Shown: positions 1 to 13,000 of the stretch, piece after piece
Layout of the letters: each line of letters starts with the position of its first letter
Numbering within the stretch: the stretch's first letter is position 1
Origin: Mytilus edulis
Taxonomy: Eukaryota
Assembly: GCF_963676685.1 (NCBI RefSeq)
Contig: NC_092355.1
Location: 14,074,001 to 14,138,000 of the forward strand
DNA length: 64,000 nt
Direction of reading: 5' to 3'
The notes under the pieces: generated by a model
Told to the model about the DNA's origin: nothing
What the model saw: the letters and a program-made list of their open reading frames with translations, nothing else
Database searches by the model: none
Translations under genes and position numbers: made by a program

Positions 1-1100
1 GAGAAGCACATTTTTCGTGAGCAATCCTCTATTTTAGTGAGAGTCTTTTCACTACATGACAATATTTTCTGTTTTATCAAAACACTAGGGTCAAGAATCA
101 ACTGTGTTAATAGACCAAAATCACCAACCAGACTATTCCATGAGCACGTATTTGGATTACTTATGCTGTTTATTATCACTTCCAATTCTTCTATATATGA
201 TTTTCTGTATTTAAATAGAGCGTTGCATTTTAAAATGAAATGAACTATATCCTCATCTTCATATTGACACAGTGGACAAACAGAGCTAACTTCATGTTGG
301 TTAAATTTACTTGTGTTGGACTGGAGAACGTAAGTTCCTGTAATTAGACGAGCTTTTATACCACCACGGCGGACATCTTTAATATTGCTTTCAATTGAAG
401 ACCAAAGTTTATGAACAGTTCCAATTTTCAAACTTGACAGATCACAGTACGACAGGGTAGATTTATTTTGACAATCAAGTAGTAATTTTTGAGTCCAGAA
501 TTTATCAATTGCTAGTTTCACATTCTTTTTCCATAATAATTTACACGGTGGATTAATAACCATTTTAGCCGCACTGGGAAGATCATATTGCACTAGAAGT
601 TTATCTATGTAGGTAAAGCAACTGTCTGAAGTTTCTGATTTTGTTGAAATCTGTCTTCTAAGAATTTTGTTTAAAGTTCAGTTTTCACTTCGGATAATAC
701 ATCCCAAAAGGTTCAATTGTCTAATATGGAGCTCAGCCGTGGCAGGTCTAACACCAAGAAGCAGATAAGTAATGCCTTTAACTGATCTATTTGGTAAACA
801 CTGGATTTTACGCAGGAAATTAATGTAAAATTTTTCTAGAGCATTAAGATGATATTGCTTTAGAACAAATGTTTCTAAGCCATACAGAAGTCTTGGAAGG
901 ACATAAGTTATGAACAGTTTCATGCATGTGGTTGGTGGTAAGCCATTAGTTCCATGAAAACCAGTACCAGTGAGACTGTACAGAGTTTTTGTAGCACACG
1001 AAATACGGTCATCTATATTTATTGATACCTCATTTTTCTCTGATCTAATTATACCCAAATGGGTGGTTGAACTAAATAAAGATGTGTGTTGAGTCATCTC
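1..1100 (-). mobile_element. Degenerate non-LTR retrotransposon (LINE) ORF2 3' part: region after the RT core plus C-terminal CCHC zinc finger
   Basis: ORF 678..1178 (HLGIIRS...YVLPRLLYGLE...LRKIQCLP...LLLG) continues in the same frame past a single stop at 678-680 into WKKNVKLAI...KARLITGTYVLQ...CPLCQYEDEDIVHFILKC (C-x2-C-x8-H-x4-C), typical of LINE ORF2 C-termini. Confidence 0.85.
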
Positions 1101-1109
1101 TATCAACAG

Positions 1110-4100
1110 ACAAGGCAGGTAATTTTTACCATCCCATCCAAAGATCAGGACTGAAGACCTTTGGGGATATGAACCCAAAAGTATAACTTAAATACAAATC
1201 TTGGCAAGTTGCAAAAGGTCATTTGAATCCCGAGCTTCTTTTTAGACGTGCACTATCTGTAACTAAATGTAGATGACGTATATGTGGAAACTGTTTTGTC
1301 CTTTCCAATTTGTCCCATTCCCACTTCATTATTTCCTGGTTCCTGTGTCGACTGAACAAATGACTCAGTGGCGTAGCTTGCATGTATGCTCAGATGCTCA
1401 AGCATCCACATCATTTTGACAGGGAAAAAATATAAATAAAGATATGTTCGCAGCAGTTAAACTCGGAGGTATCCGTATGTAACAAGGGTTAGGATATGAG
1501 GAAAACATCGAATTATTTCCGATGAAGTATGCTTGGTCTAATATTAAGGATAATTTAGTTTATGTAATAAAACTGTGACAAGATGGATAAATCGCAGAAA
1601 AGTGTTCTCGATTTTTTTGTCGTAAAAAGATTGCGTCGTCGGCTACGGCAAGTGCAGAGGACGATGCACAGATTCTCGGACATGTTTCATCTGAAATTGA
1701 GCCTAGCGGAGCGATTGCTTCTACAACTGACTAACAACATAACTGACAACCAAACTACCATATCCTGATATCGTTTCCTGTGACATGAAAGACGACGTGA
1801 AAAAAACTAATCTATAATAGAGTGTGATCATTCCCAGGCTTATCAATAAATTCCAGTTTCTATCTAGGTCCAAATATTAATTTTATTTTCAATAAATGAA
1901 CAAAGTTTCTATGTCTCCTGTATTGCACATACTTAATGTAACTAAGGAACAAAGGCAATAACTAATGAAAAATAATATTTTTCCTCTTCCTTTTACTTTT
2001 AATGGAGAAATAAAGGCTTCAGAAAAAATGCAATGGGATTTCCGTTATAATTCATATTTCAAAAGATCAAAGCTAAGGACTTATTTTCGAAATTATCATT
2101 GCTGATGGTAAAAAAATCTGGCAAGAATTGTACACATCAGAGTACAAACAAGACCGGCCGGATTGACGGACACCAGGAAGTGCCGCTGTGATGGGCGGTT
2201 TTCTTAGAAATGCATTGGATAGGGGATCACTTCAGTTCCTTTATACAGAAGTGCCGCTGTGATGGGGCCGTTTATGAAATGCAAATATAAGATTGGTGGG
2301 AAACTTTTACATCAAAAAAATAAATTATGAATTACATTCAATTTCGAGACTTTTGAGAAAACATTTTGTTTGAAATATAATTATATGAATATTGGTGGGT
2401 ATTTTGGAATTAAACAAAAATCTAACCAGTGTCGGATTCTACATGAGTACATGTGCTTACAGGAACAATGTCTGAAACAAAATTCTGCATAAAATAGTCT
2501 AAAAAATAATTTCGCCTTGCTCAACTCGGCAAGAGCATCCACATCATTGCAACCCTGGCTACGCCACATTATGTGGTTTTTGACGGGGTCAACTAATTCT
2601 CTTAGGGACTGTAGAAGGTACATACCAATCCATGAGTTAAGTACATCTCTTTCACCGTTACTAGCTTACATTATCCCTGCAGTTCATGCTTTAACTGGTT
2701 GTGATACCACTTCCGCTATATTTGGGTTTGGCAAAAAGACTGTATTCAAGTTGATAGGAAAATCTCCGAGTAAGTTTAAAAATCTCCAAAACTTTGACAC
2801 TATTGATTTTTCCACATCGTTGTCAGTAGCCAGAGAGCTTATTTCAAGCTTGCATGACCCAGAAGACAAATTCGCTCCATCACATGTTGACTTAAACAAG
2901 TTACTTGAAACATGCAATGACACAAGTTTGTTGCGGTTGCCACCAAGCGAACTTGTATTTAACGAACATGTTTTGCGGTCATTTCTTCAAACGAAAATTA
3001 GGATGTCCTCACATCTCGATCACCCAAATCCTTTGTCTCCTTATGAATACGGATGGATTAGGGGTTCACATGACCCGGATCCAGTCTACTTTTTAGGCAT
3101 GATGAGACGTCTGATTTCCTGCAAGATCTAATATGTTCTTGTGAGGGGAAATATATATGTAGCAAGTAATGCATTTGCCGAAAAAAGTAGATGTCTGGCA
3201 CTGAGCTTTGTCCATATCAGGGTAGTGATACCTGCCAAAATATATATTTTAATTAAAAGAGGACATGACCTCGAATATCAAATGAATGACGATAATGAAG
3301 ATGAAAACGATACCATTGACTAATAGCGAAAGATCATTTGAGCAAAGGGGCAACATAAAGTTTCATTTGCTTCACTGTTATTCAATGTAATCATGTATAT
3401 TATTATTAATTTTGTTTTTTTGTAATAACTCTACCATCTGAAATAAATGGTTCTGTACGTTAGTTCCATATGCAATGATAGTGGTAGATAAAAAAAGAAT
3501 TAAGGCTCTTCTACTTTGACGTGGTTGGCAAGCTTAAGACAATTAAATCATAATGTATTTATAACTTTCCAACTAACAGGAGACTAAATTAACATATATT
3601 TTTAACTGTGCTGTAAACATGGTAAATATGCGCTTTAAAGCAGTTTTACGATATGTTTAAAAAAGTAAAATCACAAAAATACTGAATTTAGAGGAAAATT
3701 AATTCCATAATCACATGGCAACATCAAATAACAAAACGCATCAAAAACGAATGGACATGAACTGTCATATTCATGACTTGGTACAGGCATTTTCAAATTT
3801 TCAAATGTAGAAAATGGTGGATTAAACCTGGTTCTATAGCGCTAACCCTCTCACTTTGACGACAGTCTCGTCAAATTCCGTTATATTTACATTGATGCGT
3901 TAACTAAACAGACACAATAAATAAAATAGTCTAAATATAGGGTACATCAGTGATCATCGTATAACAACAGTATCAATATTTTGTCGGTATAAAAAACATG
4001 CTAGACGAGACATTAGAACTTACAAAACTAGTTATATATGTTATTAATATAAAACCAATAGAATTTGTGTGTTTTCGATGCAAAATTAAATATTACCGAA

Positions 4101-4596
4101 CGTTTTGCGTCAATACCCGTAAAAACTATGATTTTCACAAAAATACGAGATTTTTTCATTTTAAACACTTTTTTTTAAATTTTTATTTCAGAAACAAAAA
4201 TTAGATAGCCTATAGTTTATCAAATGATATATTTCATATTATATTGCAGATGAATTTGTTTTTAAACTGCATTTTTCGAACAATATCGTCAAATTATGAC
4301 TTATATTTTTCCCCCTTTTTTGCCGTTTTTAGAAAAATGTGACCATTTCCCAATTTGACGACCAGGCAATTCTGAATGTACAATAAAAGACCTTTCAAAT
4401 GATATATCATATAGTCGTGTGTTAGGTAGGTGCATTAAAAACCTCCGAATCCTTGTTTTGGCGCTCGCCTATAAGGAAAACAATTCTTTGACAAGTGCCT
4501 GTGCTTAATGAGTTTAGGAAGGGGATCTGAACAGTTTTTCTTGCTATATCCTAATTGATTATATTATAGGGAAATGACACTTCTTGGACTACACTA
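1110..4596 (+). mobile_element. Fragmented Academ (AcademX-type) DNA transposon relic with XPG-like nuclease and Cys-rich CXC domain
   Basis: 1130-1340 reads PIQRSGLKTFGDM...PELLFRRALS...VETVLSFPICPIPTSLF with stops. ORF 2517..3131 has RRYIPIHEL...PAVHALTGCDTTSAIFGFGKKT (XPG/FEN1-like motif) and LPPSE..FNEHVLR...PYEYGW. A shifted frame at 3120-3240 gives LICSCEGKYICSK*CICRKK*MSGTELCPYQGSDTCQN. The right end near 4596 (...ggactacacta) is tentative. Confidence 0.7.
3662..3965 (+). repeat. Interspersed repeat family A (gtaaaatcacaaaaatactgaa...ctgtcatattcctgacttggtacaggcattttc)
   Basis: Homologous copies at about 8281-8411 (-, partial), 23074-23470 (+), 30357-30558 (-) and 45235-45590 (-). Confidence 0.85.
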
Positions 4597-7029
4597 ATTA
4601 ATAAGTAGCCTCATAATGGCATAGCATGGAATTTTTATTATGATATACTTGGCCGTTTTTAAAGTCACTGTGATTATTCAATTATCAGACCAAATATTTC
4701 ATAATTATTTTGTTTTATTACTTGATAATCTAAGACTGTTCTTTTTATTTTTTTATTATCTTGTTGAAAAAATGATAAATGATTATGTGATTATATTGGC
4801 AAAACATTTGTTATAAATTGATGATTTGGACACCCCAATGGAGGCCTCATAAAGGTGCATGAGATAGGTATTTCCATAGAAAAAAATGAATGTGTAATGT
4901 TTTAGGGTGAAACAATACAACATGTACCCCAAATATGTATTATTTGACCTTGAGATTTGTTTGCATTGTATGTGTAAGGATATATTATATACAACACGTA
5001 CGAGGAAAAATTTCCAAAAATGAAATTGTTTACTTTTGAGTGTAAAGCTAAAGGTGTCATGCAGATCATAGTCAGATCATAGAGAAATGTGGCACACTAT
5101 CTGTTTTTGCAAAATACCTTTAAAGCAAAATATCAAGAATCTATATAAATAAAAAAGGTTCAGCTCCAGACAACCTTACATGAGCATAACCAGAGAAACG
5201 TTAATACTACAAAATGAAACCTAATATGTCACTCTTCTTTGGCCAGGTTATCTGGGAGAAAAGAGGCAGTTGATACCAAGAAAATTGGAAAGGAAATTGA
5301 CATCATAATAGCAAAAAATGAAATAACAAATAAATCACTACATAGATAAATAAGGACGAAGTTACACAAACCCACCAAACAGTTGATTATTCTAGGTGCT
5401 CTGGATGGGTGAGTCTTTGAAGATCCTGTCCAAATCGTCGTCTTATTCCTATATATATATATATATATAAAATATGTTAAAAAGTGATTCGCATTGTGTA
5501 ATTGTGTAATAATGAATTGGTAATTTATATTTATCTAACCGTAAGACATCACCAAATTCGTATTTGTTTTAGTCATAAAACTTGTAATTGAATCAATTGG
5601 AAGCTTGTAGTAGTAGACGATTCACTCAAACAAACATAGCCCTGTACATTTATGTTTTAATTATTTAACAGTAAGACTCACAAAATCCTTTAACCATGTT
5701 ATATAAGTTTTTAACTCGTATTAGATATGGTTACCTTAAAGACAATGAAATAAGATGTCAAATAGTATAACATTTAAAGCACATCATATTAATTTCAATA
5801 ATTGTACGGAATTGTTTTAAACTAAGAATACTGTTTTCCCCTTATTTTACGTATCTTTTAATGATTGAAGTAACTGTAAAAATATATATTTCTAAATGCA
5901 TAATTTCTTGTGCTGTTAGTATGTGCTGGGTCCGTTGGTGTTATACCCATCAAGTGCTTAAAACACACAAATACAAAAACAAATATACAATCAAAATGAA
6001 AACAATAATTTATTATAGGTGTACAAATAAAACTAAATCCCTGAGCTGAAATATTACATGCTGTAAGCTATAATATTTAAGAGTGATTTTGGATATAAAG
6101 GCTTCTTTTAGGAGGAGTTGGACGAATTTATTATTTGATTTCACTAAGCGCTCTAAATGTAAGGGAAAGTTTTTAATCAAGAATTTGAAGAAAAGGGAAA
6201 CAAGGGAATAGGATTTATAAAAACAAAATGCCAATTGCCAAGCATGAAGCAGTCATCATATTGATCTCTGTTTCATATGATTAGAAAAACACGGTAGTTG
6301 GAATAGATATTTCATATTTTTTAAAATAATAATTTCGTTTTCACTGATTTATTTAAGTTGCGTTGTAACATGAATCAATTTCTTGGATTATTTTTCACTT
6401 CTCATCAGTGCACATTTTTTAACGGTAAACCATCAAACTTGCAATACCGTAACTCCGGGGATTTCATTACAGAAATATATCATGGAGGGTCAAACAAATC
6501 CGAAAACTGTTCAATATTATGTAAAAGATAAAGCACTAAAGCACGTAAGGTTGTTGAACCCAATTTTTACATCATTTTATTTATTGTATTTGTTTGCATA
6601 AAATAATTCTTCTATACGCAAACAGCTGTAATCAATCAAGCAATGCTATACCACTTGAATCATATTCCTTTTTACAATTTAAATTTATAAATATAGTTGC
6701 TCTAGATTTATTTCTTACCTGGACGAAGTTAAATATTTGTATATCAACGTATATTTTGTATATATATTCGATAGATCTTATCTCAACCATGTTCAAATCT
6801 ATTTAAGTTTACTTAGTATTTCATTTATTTTTATTTCCTTGGATATTTTTGTGATATTTGGAATTTTATCTTTAAACCTTCATATATAAAACGGGATGGT
6901 TTGATAATTTATTTTGAAATATTTGTGTGTTATTACACATAAACTATTATTTGTAATGTACGTACTTGATAATTGTTGTTTACAGTTTTTATCGATAGAC
7001 TGATACAGCGGAATTTATAAACAAGCAAC

Positions 7030-10000
7030 ATGGATTGTTGTGGGCCAAATTCAATACGTATAAAAAGTAAGTTATTAACCGATCTAATTACACATTCTAA
7101 AAGCTAAATATTGGGCGGCAGTCAGAGTATACATTTACCATGTTTACACTAAAATTACGTATGCAAAATATATAGTAGACGATTTAAATAACCCAAGTTT
7201 TAAAAGAATGAATTAATACTTTATTCTCTTAAAACAATTGTTACAGAGAACATATACATATTAACAATATACAAACTTATATAGCATGTGTGAATTAAAT
7301 ATACATATATAAAGTGATACTAAGAAGTTCTAACCTGGAGGAACGACCTTCTCTTGGACGTTCTTAATAAATTTACATAGTTTTTCTAATACAATTACAT
7401 TGTTGGAAGCAAATAGCTGTTCAAACTTATAAATGTTAACATTTTCGTGACAAAAAAGAGGACGCAGATTTATTCTTCTTGCCCCTTTTTGTCACGAAAA
7501 GAGGATGTGAATGGGGTATAAAGAATAGATAATATTGGACATAATGTGCATAATAAAAGGCAAACAATGCAGCACGAGGAACAATCAAACAATGCAGCAC
7601 GAGGAACAATCGACAAAAAAGGAAGATGAAATATACTCGATAGAGAAAAAAATTATGAAAGCATAAAGCACAAAAAATGGTCTTATTAATTAAAGAATAC
7701 AGAAATAAAAGACTACAACCAGACCCGTTTATGATGTATTCAGTTATGTTGACTAATATCAAGTTTTAATTTATTTTAAAAAGTATCACATATGAGCTTG
7801 AAGATTATATATATATTGTATAAATGTATAATTCAAAAATATAACACATTTTTAATGTGCTAAACGATCAATATTTCTTATGATGAAACGGAAATGATTC
7901 AATTTTCCAAAAAAACACATACATGTAATATTCGGTCGAAAATACAGTCCAAATATAAATACCCTCTATACATACAACAACAAAAACAGTAAAACCAGCT
8001 GAGGAGCGAAATATATGCCCTTCCCTTTGCGAATAAAAATTGTTGCAAGAATAAAACTGAACATTTAGAGTATTTTATATCAGAATTGAGTCAACTAATT
8101 CTTTAAAAAAATACTGCACAAGGAGTCGTAAAGGAGATTGCATTAACCAATCCATCAAATCTTTCTTCCATAATTACCACATAGAATATTGCTAACAGTA
8201 AATTTAACATTGATAAAGTCACAATCCCGTAGGAAATATTAAAGCTTTCAAGATATTTAAATATCATACGGGATTATGACTTTAGTCAGGAATATGACAG
8301 TTGTTGTGCATTCGTTCGATGTGTTTTATATTCCTTTGATTTTGCCTTTGATTAGGGACTTTCCGTTTTGAATTTTCCTCGGATTTCAGTATTTTTGTGA
8401 TTTTACTTTTTGCTAACCAAGATAGATATCTATGTATAATACTTTATTATAGAGCCAACAGGACGAGTAGTGAGAACTGGTTACCTAAAGATTTATGAAG
8501 GTATGTTTCACAATCTAAAGTACTATGTGTAATTTTATTGTTCGTACCCCAAAATGAAAATAACGTTATTGGTTGAATTTTCATTGTTTAGCACGTCTTT
8601 AACAAATCACGACGTTTTGGTGTACACTTTTGAAATATTACCCAGGATGCATTATATTCTGAAACGGCGAATTAAAGGTTAATATATATTTGTTTAAGTA
8701 AATAGATGAAATTGGGAATTTCACGTAATTACTAAAATTTAGGAATTACATGTAATTTCTGTTGAACTTAGTTAATACAAGTAATTCCTAAAACTGCCCA
8801 GTTATTACTAGTAATTACTAATTTGTGAATGGATTTTTGCACCTATTTACTAAGTGATAAAACATATGCAAAATTATACCAAAATTTGTGACAAAGCCCA
8901 TTTACTGTTTTGTGACCTTAAGTTAATAGGTCTTTTAAAAGTAAAACTATTTTTAACCCAAAGGGAAGCCTTCCCGTTCTAGTCCTTTAACTTCTTGTTT
9001 GGTTTTTTAAATTATGTCTAAAACTTTGAAACAGAACTATCAAGTAAGTAAATAGCTGTGAAATTACTAAAAAAATCAGTTATTACCTGTACTTACTGAA
9101 ACAATGAGTTATATATGTAATCATCTTAAATTAAATTCGACTAGTGATTACAGGTATTTACTAAATTGTCTAGAAATTACGTATAATTCCTAATTTCACC
9201 TATTTACTGTAACATATATATAGTTTTACTTAATCATATGAAAAGACAAGTTCTTCTTCATTCAGTGCATTTACTAACATCATTTAATTACATTAGATGT
9301 AAAAAAAAATATATATTCCGTTAATTCGATTGGTTGATCACAATCGAAAGGCACTCTCATTTCATAGTTTATGTCTACACGTGCTGCCCGTGACAACATT
9401 TAAAGCAAAAAGCATACAGCTCATATGAAAAGCTTCATATATAACTTTCACTATTAGAGTTGTGGTATCAGCATTCAATTACAAGCATTCAATTCTTCTA
9501 TGTAATTAGAATGCATTATGTTTTAATATAATATGTAGATTATCTATATTTATATTTTATAAGTCAGAGAACTAAGTCAGAGGATAAACTTATCTTAATT
9601 GCGAAAAAAAATATGGTCAATAGAAAAAAGGACAAACAACAAAAGAACTTGTCGCTACAAAAAGTTAGGCATTTCTTGCTTCCCGCGCGATATCTGTCCT
9701 AATACAACCAAAATTGTATGAATGAGTTGTACTGAAAGAAATTGAATATTTTACATATTAGATATTGTATTAAACGTGAAAGAGTGTCTCGAGTATCTTT
9801 AATATAAAAGAATAAAAAGGCACATATATTTTGATTTTCCTATACTAGATGCCACTGCTGGTGGACGTTTCGTCCCCGAGGGTATCACCAGCCCAGTAGT
9901 CAACACTTCGGTGTTGACATGAATATCAATAATGTGGTAATTTTATAAATTTCCTGTTTACAAAACTTTGAATTTTTGGAAAAACTAAGGATTTTCTTAT

Positions 10001-13000
10001 CCCAGGCATAGATTACCTTAGCATTATTTGGCACAACTTTTTGGAATTTTGGATCCTAATGCTTTTCAACTTTTTACTTGTTTGGCTTTATAAATATTTT
10101 GATATGAGCGTCATTGATGAGTCTTATGTAGACGAAACGCGCGTCTGGCGTACTAAATTATAATCCTGGTACCTTTGATAACTATACTGTATCCCAACAT
10201 ACTTTGTTACCTGACGATTCTGATTAGTCTTGAATGTACAACGTTCAAAGTAACTGTAAAAATGGAAATACCACTATTTAGATAAGACGTCCGAACAGCT
10301 TTTTTTTATTTACCTTCACTGGAAAATCGCACAGCCAACGAAATGTTAGAATTTTAAAAATGTATAGGAACTTATACAGAATTAAATTAAAGAGTATTGA
10401 GAACCAAACATTCGAAAAAGCTTCGTACAGTTAATTAATCTTTGTTAGAAGAAAAATATTAGGATCTAATCATGATAGTGATAGAAAAGGGACATTTCAA
10501 ATATAACATAATACAAATATACATTGTTTAGACGCTCCTCTAACATATAACCTGTTTTAACTCTATACAGAAGGATGTTTTTTCATCGGATGGAAGTCCC
10601 GTTACTTTGTGTTATATGATGACAGTAGTCTCTTATGGTACCAGGACCGCGACTATTACCACCACAAAGGTGGTATTAAACTCAAGGTAATCGTTTTAAT
10701 ATTACTCATATAGCACGTTTTGTCAGAATAACTTTTGAACCTTTAAATAAATATTGTTAAAAATGTATCAAAAAGGCCATATGTTTCCTCCTTTGAATTG
10801 TTTTATATTGTAATTTCGGAGACTTTTATAGCTGACTATGCGGTATTGGCTTTGCTCATTGTTGAAGGCCGTACGGTCACCTATATGTGTTAATTTCTGT
10901 GTCATTTGGTCTCTTGTGGAGAGTTTTCTCATTGGCAATCATACAACATCTTCTTTTTTTATATATATCAAATAACGTTCTTCAGATCAAACTTTAATTG
11001 TTGTATATCAAAATTTGTTCATCGTAAATGGGAAACTCAAGCTCCTGTCGAAAAAAAATGGTTGGACTCTAGAAGAGTAAACTAAACTAATACCTAATTC
11101 GGTCTGTCAAACTCTGCAAATACATTCTTTGCCATCAAGGATGAAAATGGATTTTAGTTCAGTAATTCGAATAAAATAAATCTTTCATTCGTTCAGTATG
11201 ACTGCTTTTTAATGTGTTTGTTTCTATTACTATATATATTTCTAGTATATTGAGGACTTGATAGGAGATCTGTGTTGATATATTATATCCCTTTTATTCT
11301 GTATTCTTCATTTTGTTGTCCGAAATTGTCTATTTGAACATTGTCTTATATTCTTGAATCATTTGTATTTACAAATTGTTTTCAGACCATCATATTCCTT
11401 ACTTCATAATCATGATATTATACCTCTTGATAAGCAATAATTTGTAATAGCCTTTAATCATTTTATTTAGATGGTAGCTAATTTCATGGCAGTTGGACCA
11501 ATGTGTCTTCATACAGCTGGATTTCCTCAACTCCCAAAAGGAAGACAGGTTATACATTTAATGGGTGTTCCAGACATCTTTAAAAAGGGAACAAAAAAAG
11601 AATATATTAAAATGAACTGGATTTTGTTTACTGCAGGTGATGAGGACATGATGTAAGTAACCTATAGTTGAACATATTTTGTATTTGTTTTGTTGCCCGA
11701 TTACGATATTAGAAGGCGGTTTTATTTGGTTCATTCATTCGTTTTCTTGTATTTGTTAGGTTAAGGTTTTGTTCGAATTTACTTTACCTTTAACTGAAAC
11801 TACCTACATTTGCAAGATGTGATATTTTGAAATATATGCAGAATTAAAGCATTTCAACGTTGGGACTGAGAAATTATGTTGTAAAAACGTTCTAGACGAT
11901 ATAGATAAAGGCAGATGTGGTGTGAGTGCCAATGAGACAACTCTCCATCCAAATAACAATTTAAAAAAGTAAACCATTATAGGTTAAAGTACGGCCTTCA
12001 ACACGATATACATGAATATCATAACGTCGTTTGTATGTCACTTAATCATCGGTTTTAATATTATGCAACAGTAGTGTTTCGATGTTTAAATCTTATCAAT
12101 TGACTAAGGAGACAAAAACTGAGGGAAACTGAATGAAAGTAAAAGAAATAAAATTCAGACGACTTTTCTAGTATCTATTCAATTATAAACATGAGGTCAC
12201 TGCGCTAAGCCGAAGTCAAATCTTATTGATCAACCAATTTAAAATTGCAACTGTAAATTGGTTGAAGTGCCTAATTCAGTCTATTTCCCTTTAAACTCTA
12301 TTGCAGTTTGTAAAAGGACCACTACCCTATAAGAAAAGTGTATATACTATGAAGATTACCGCATCAGATGCGCATCTCGATGTAGTCTATTCTTTTTTCT
12401 CTTTTATTGCTAGGGCTTGGTTGGAGGCTATCAAACCAACGGTAGGTAAAACTAAATATTACACCTAAGATTAATATACCATTATATATGTATCTCACGA
12501 GTTGAGCGTGTTGTTTTATCGCAACATTCACGACTGCAAATGTAAACCTAAATTTACAACAATGCGTAGGAACTTCTCGGGAAGCTATGCTGAATCTAAA
12601 TTTTGTTATGTCACATAACGTAGACCATGATATGTCAAATTTGTGCCACTTAATACGCTGTAATACGCAAATGTGCCACTTCGATGTGTCGATATTTCTG
12701 ACGAGGGGGCGATGGTAATTTACGAGTTACGTCCCTTTGTTTGACACTCTCATGAACAAACTATTATTATATTAAGCACCATATGCTGTTATTTACATGT
12801 GGATATTATTAAAATAATTTGATTAAATATATTTTGATACTTAAGACATGAGCAAAAAATTAGAGAAACACATTTTATCACTTTTCAGAACTCAGTCTCA
12901 GTGAAATATAGGCACTATGTGCAATAATATTATTATTCCAAGAGTTAATTTTATATTTATATTTTGTATTTTTACTGTTGTAATTAAAATATTTCAACAT

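Noticed and set aside
6400-6544. Candidate non-coding first exon of paralog 1 (donor gcac/gtaagg)
   Set aside because: Plausible and weakly similar to 34200-34385, but not supportable without transcripts.
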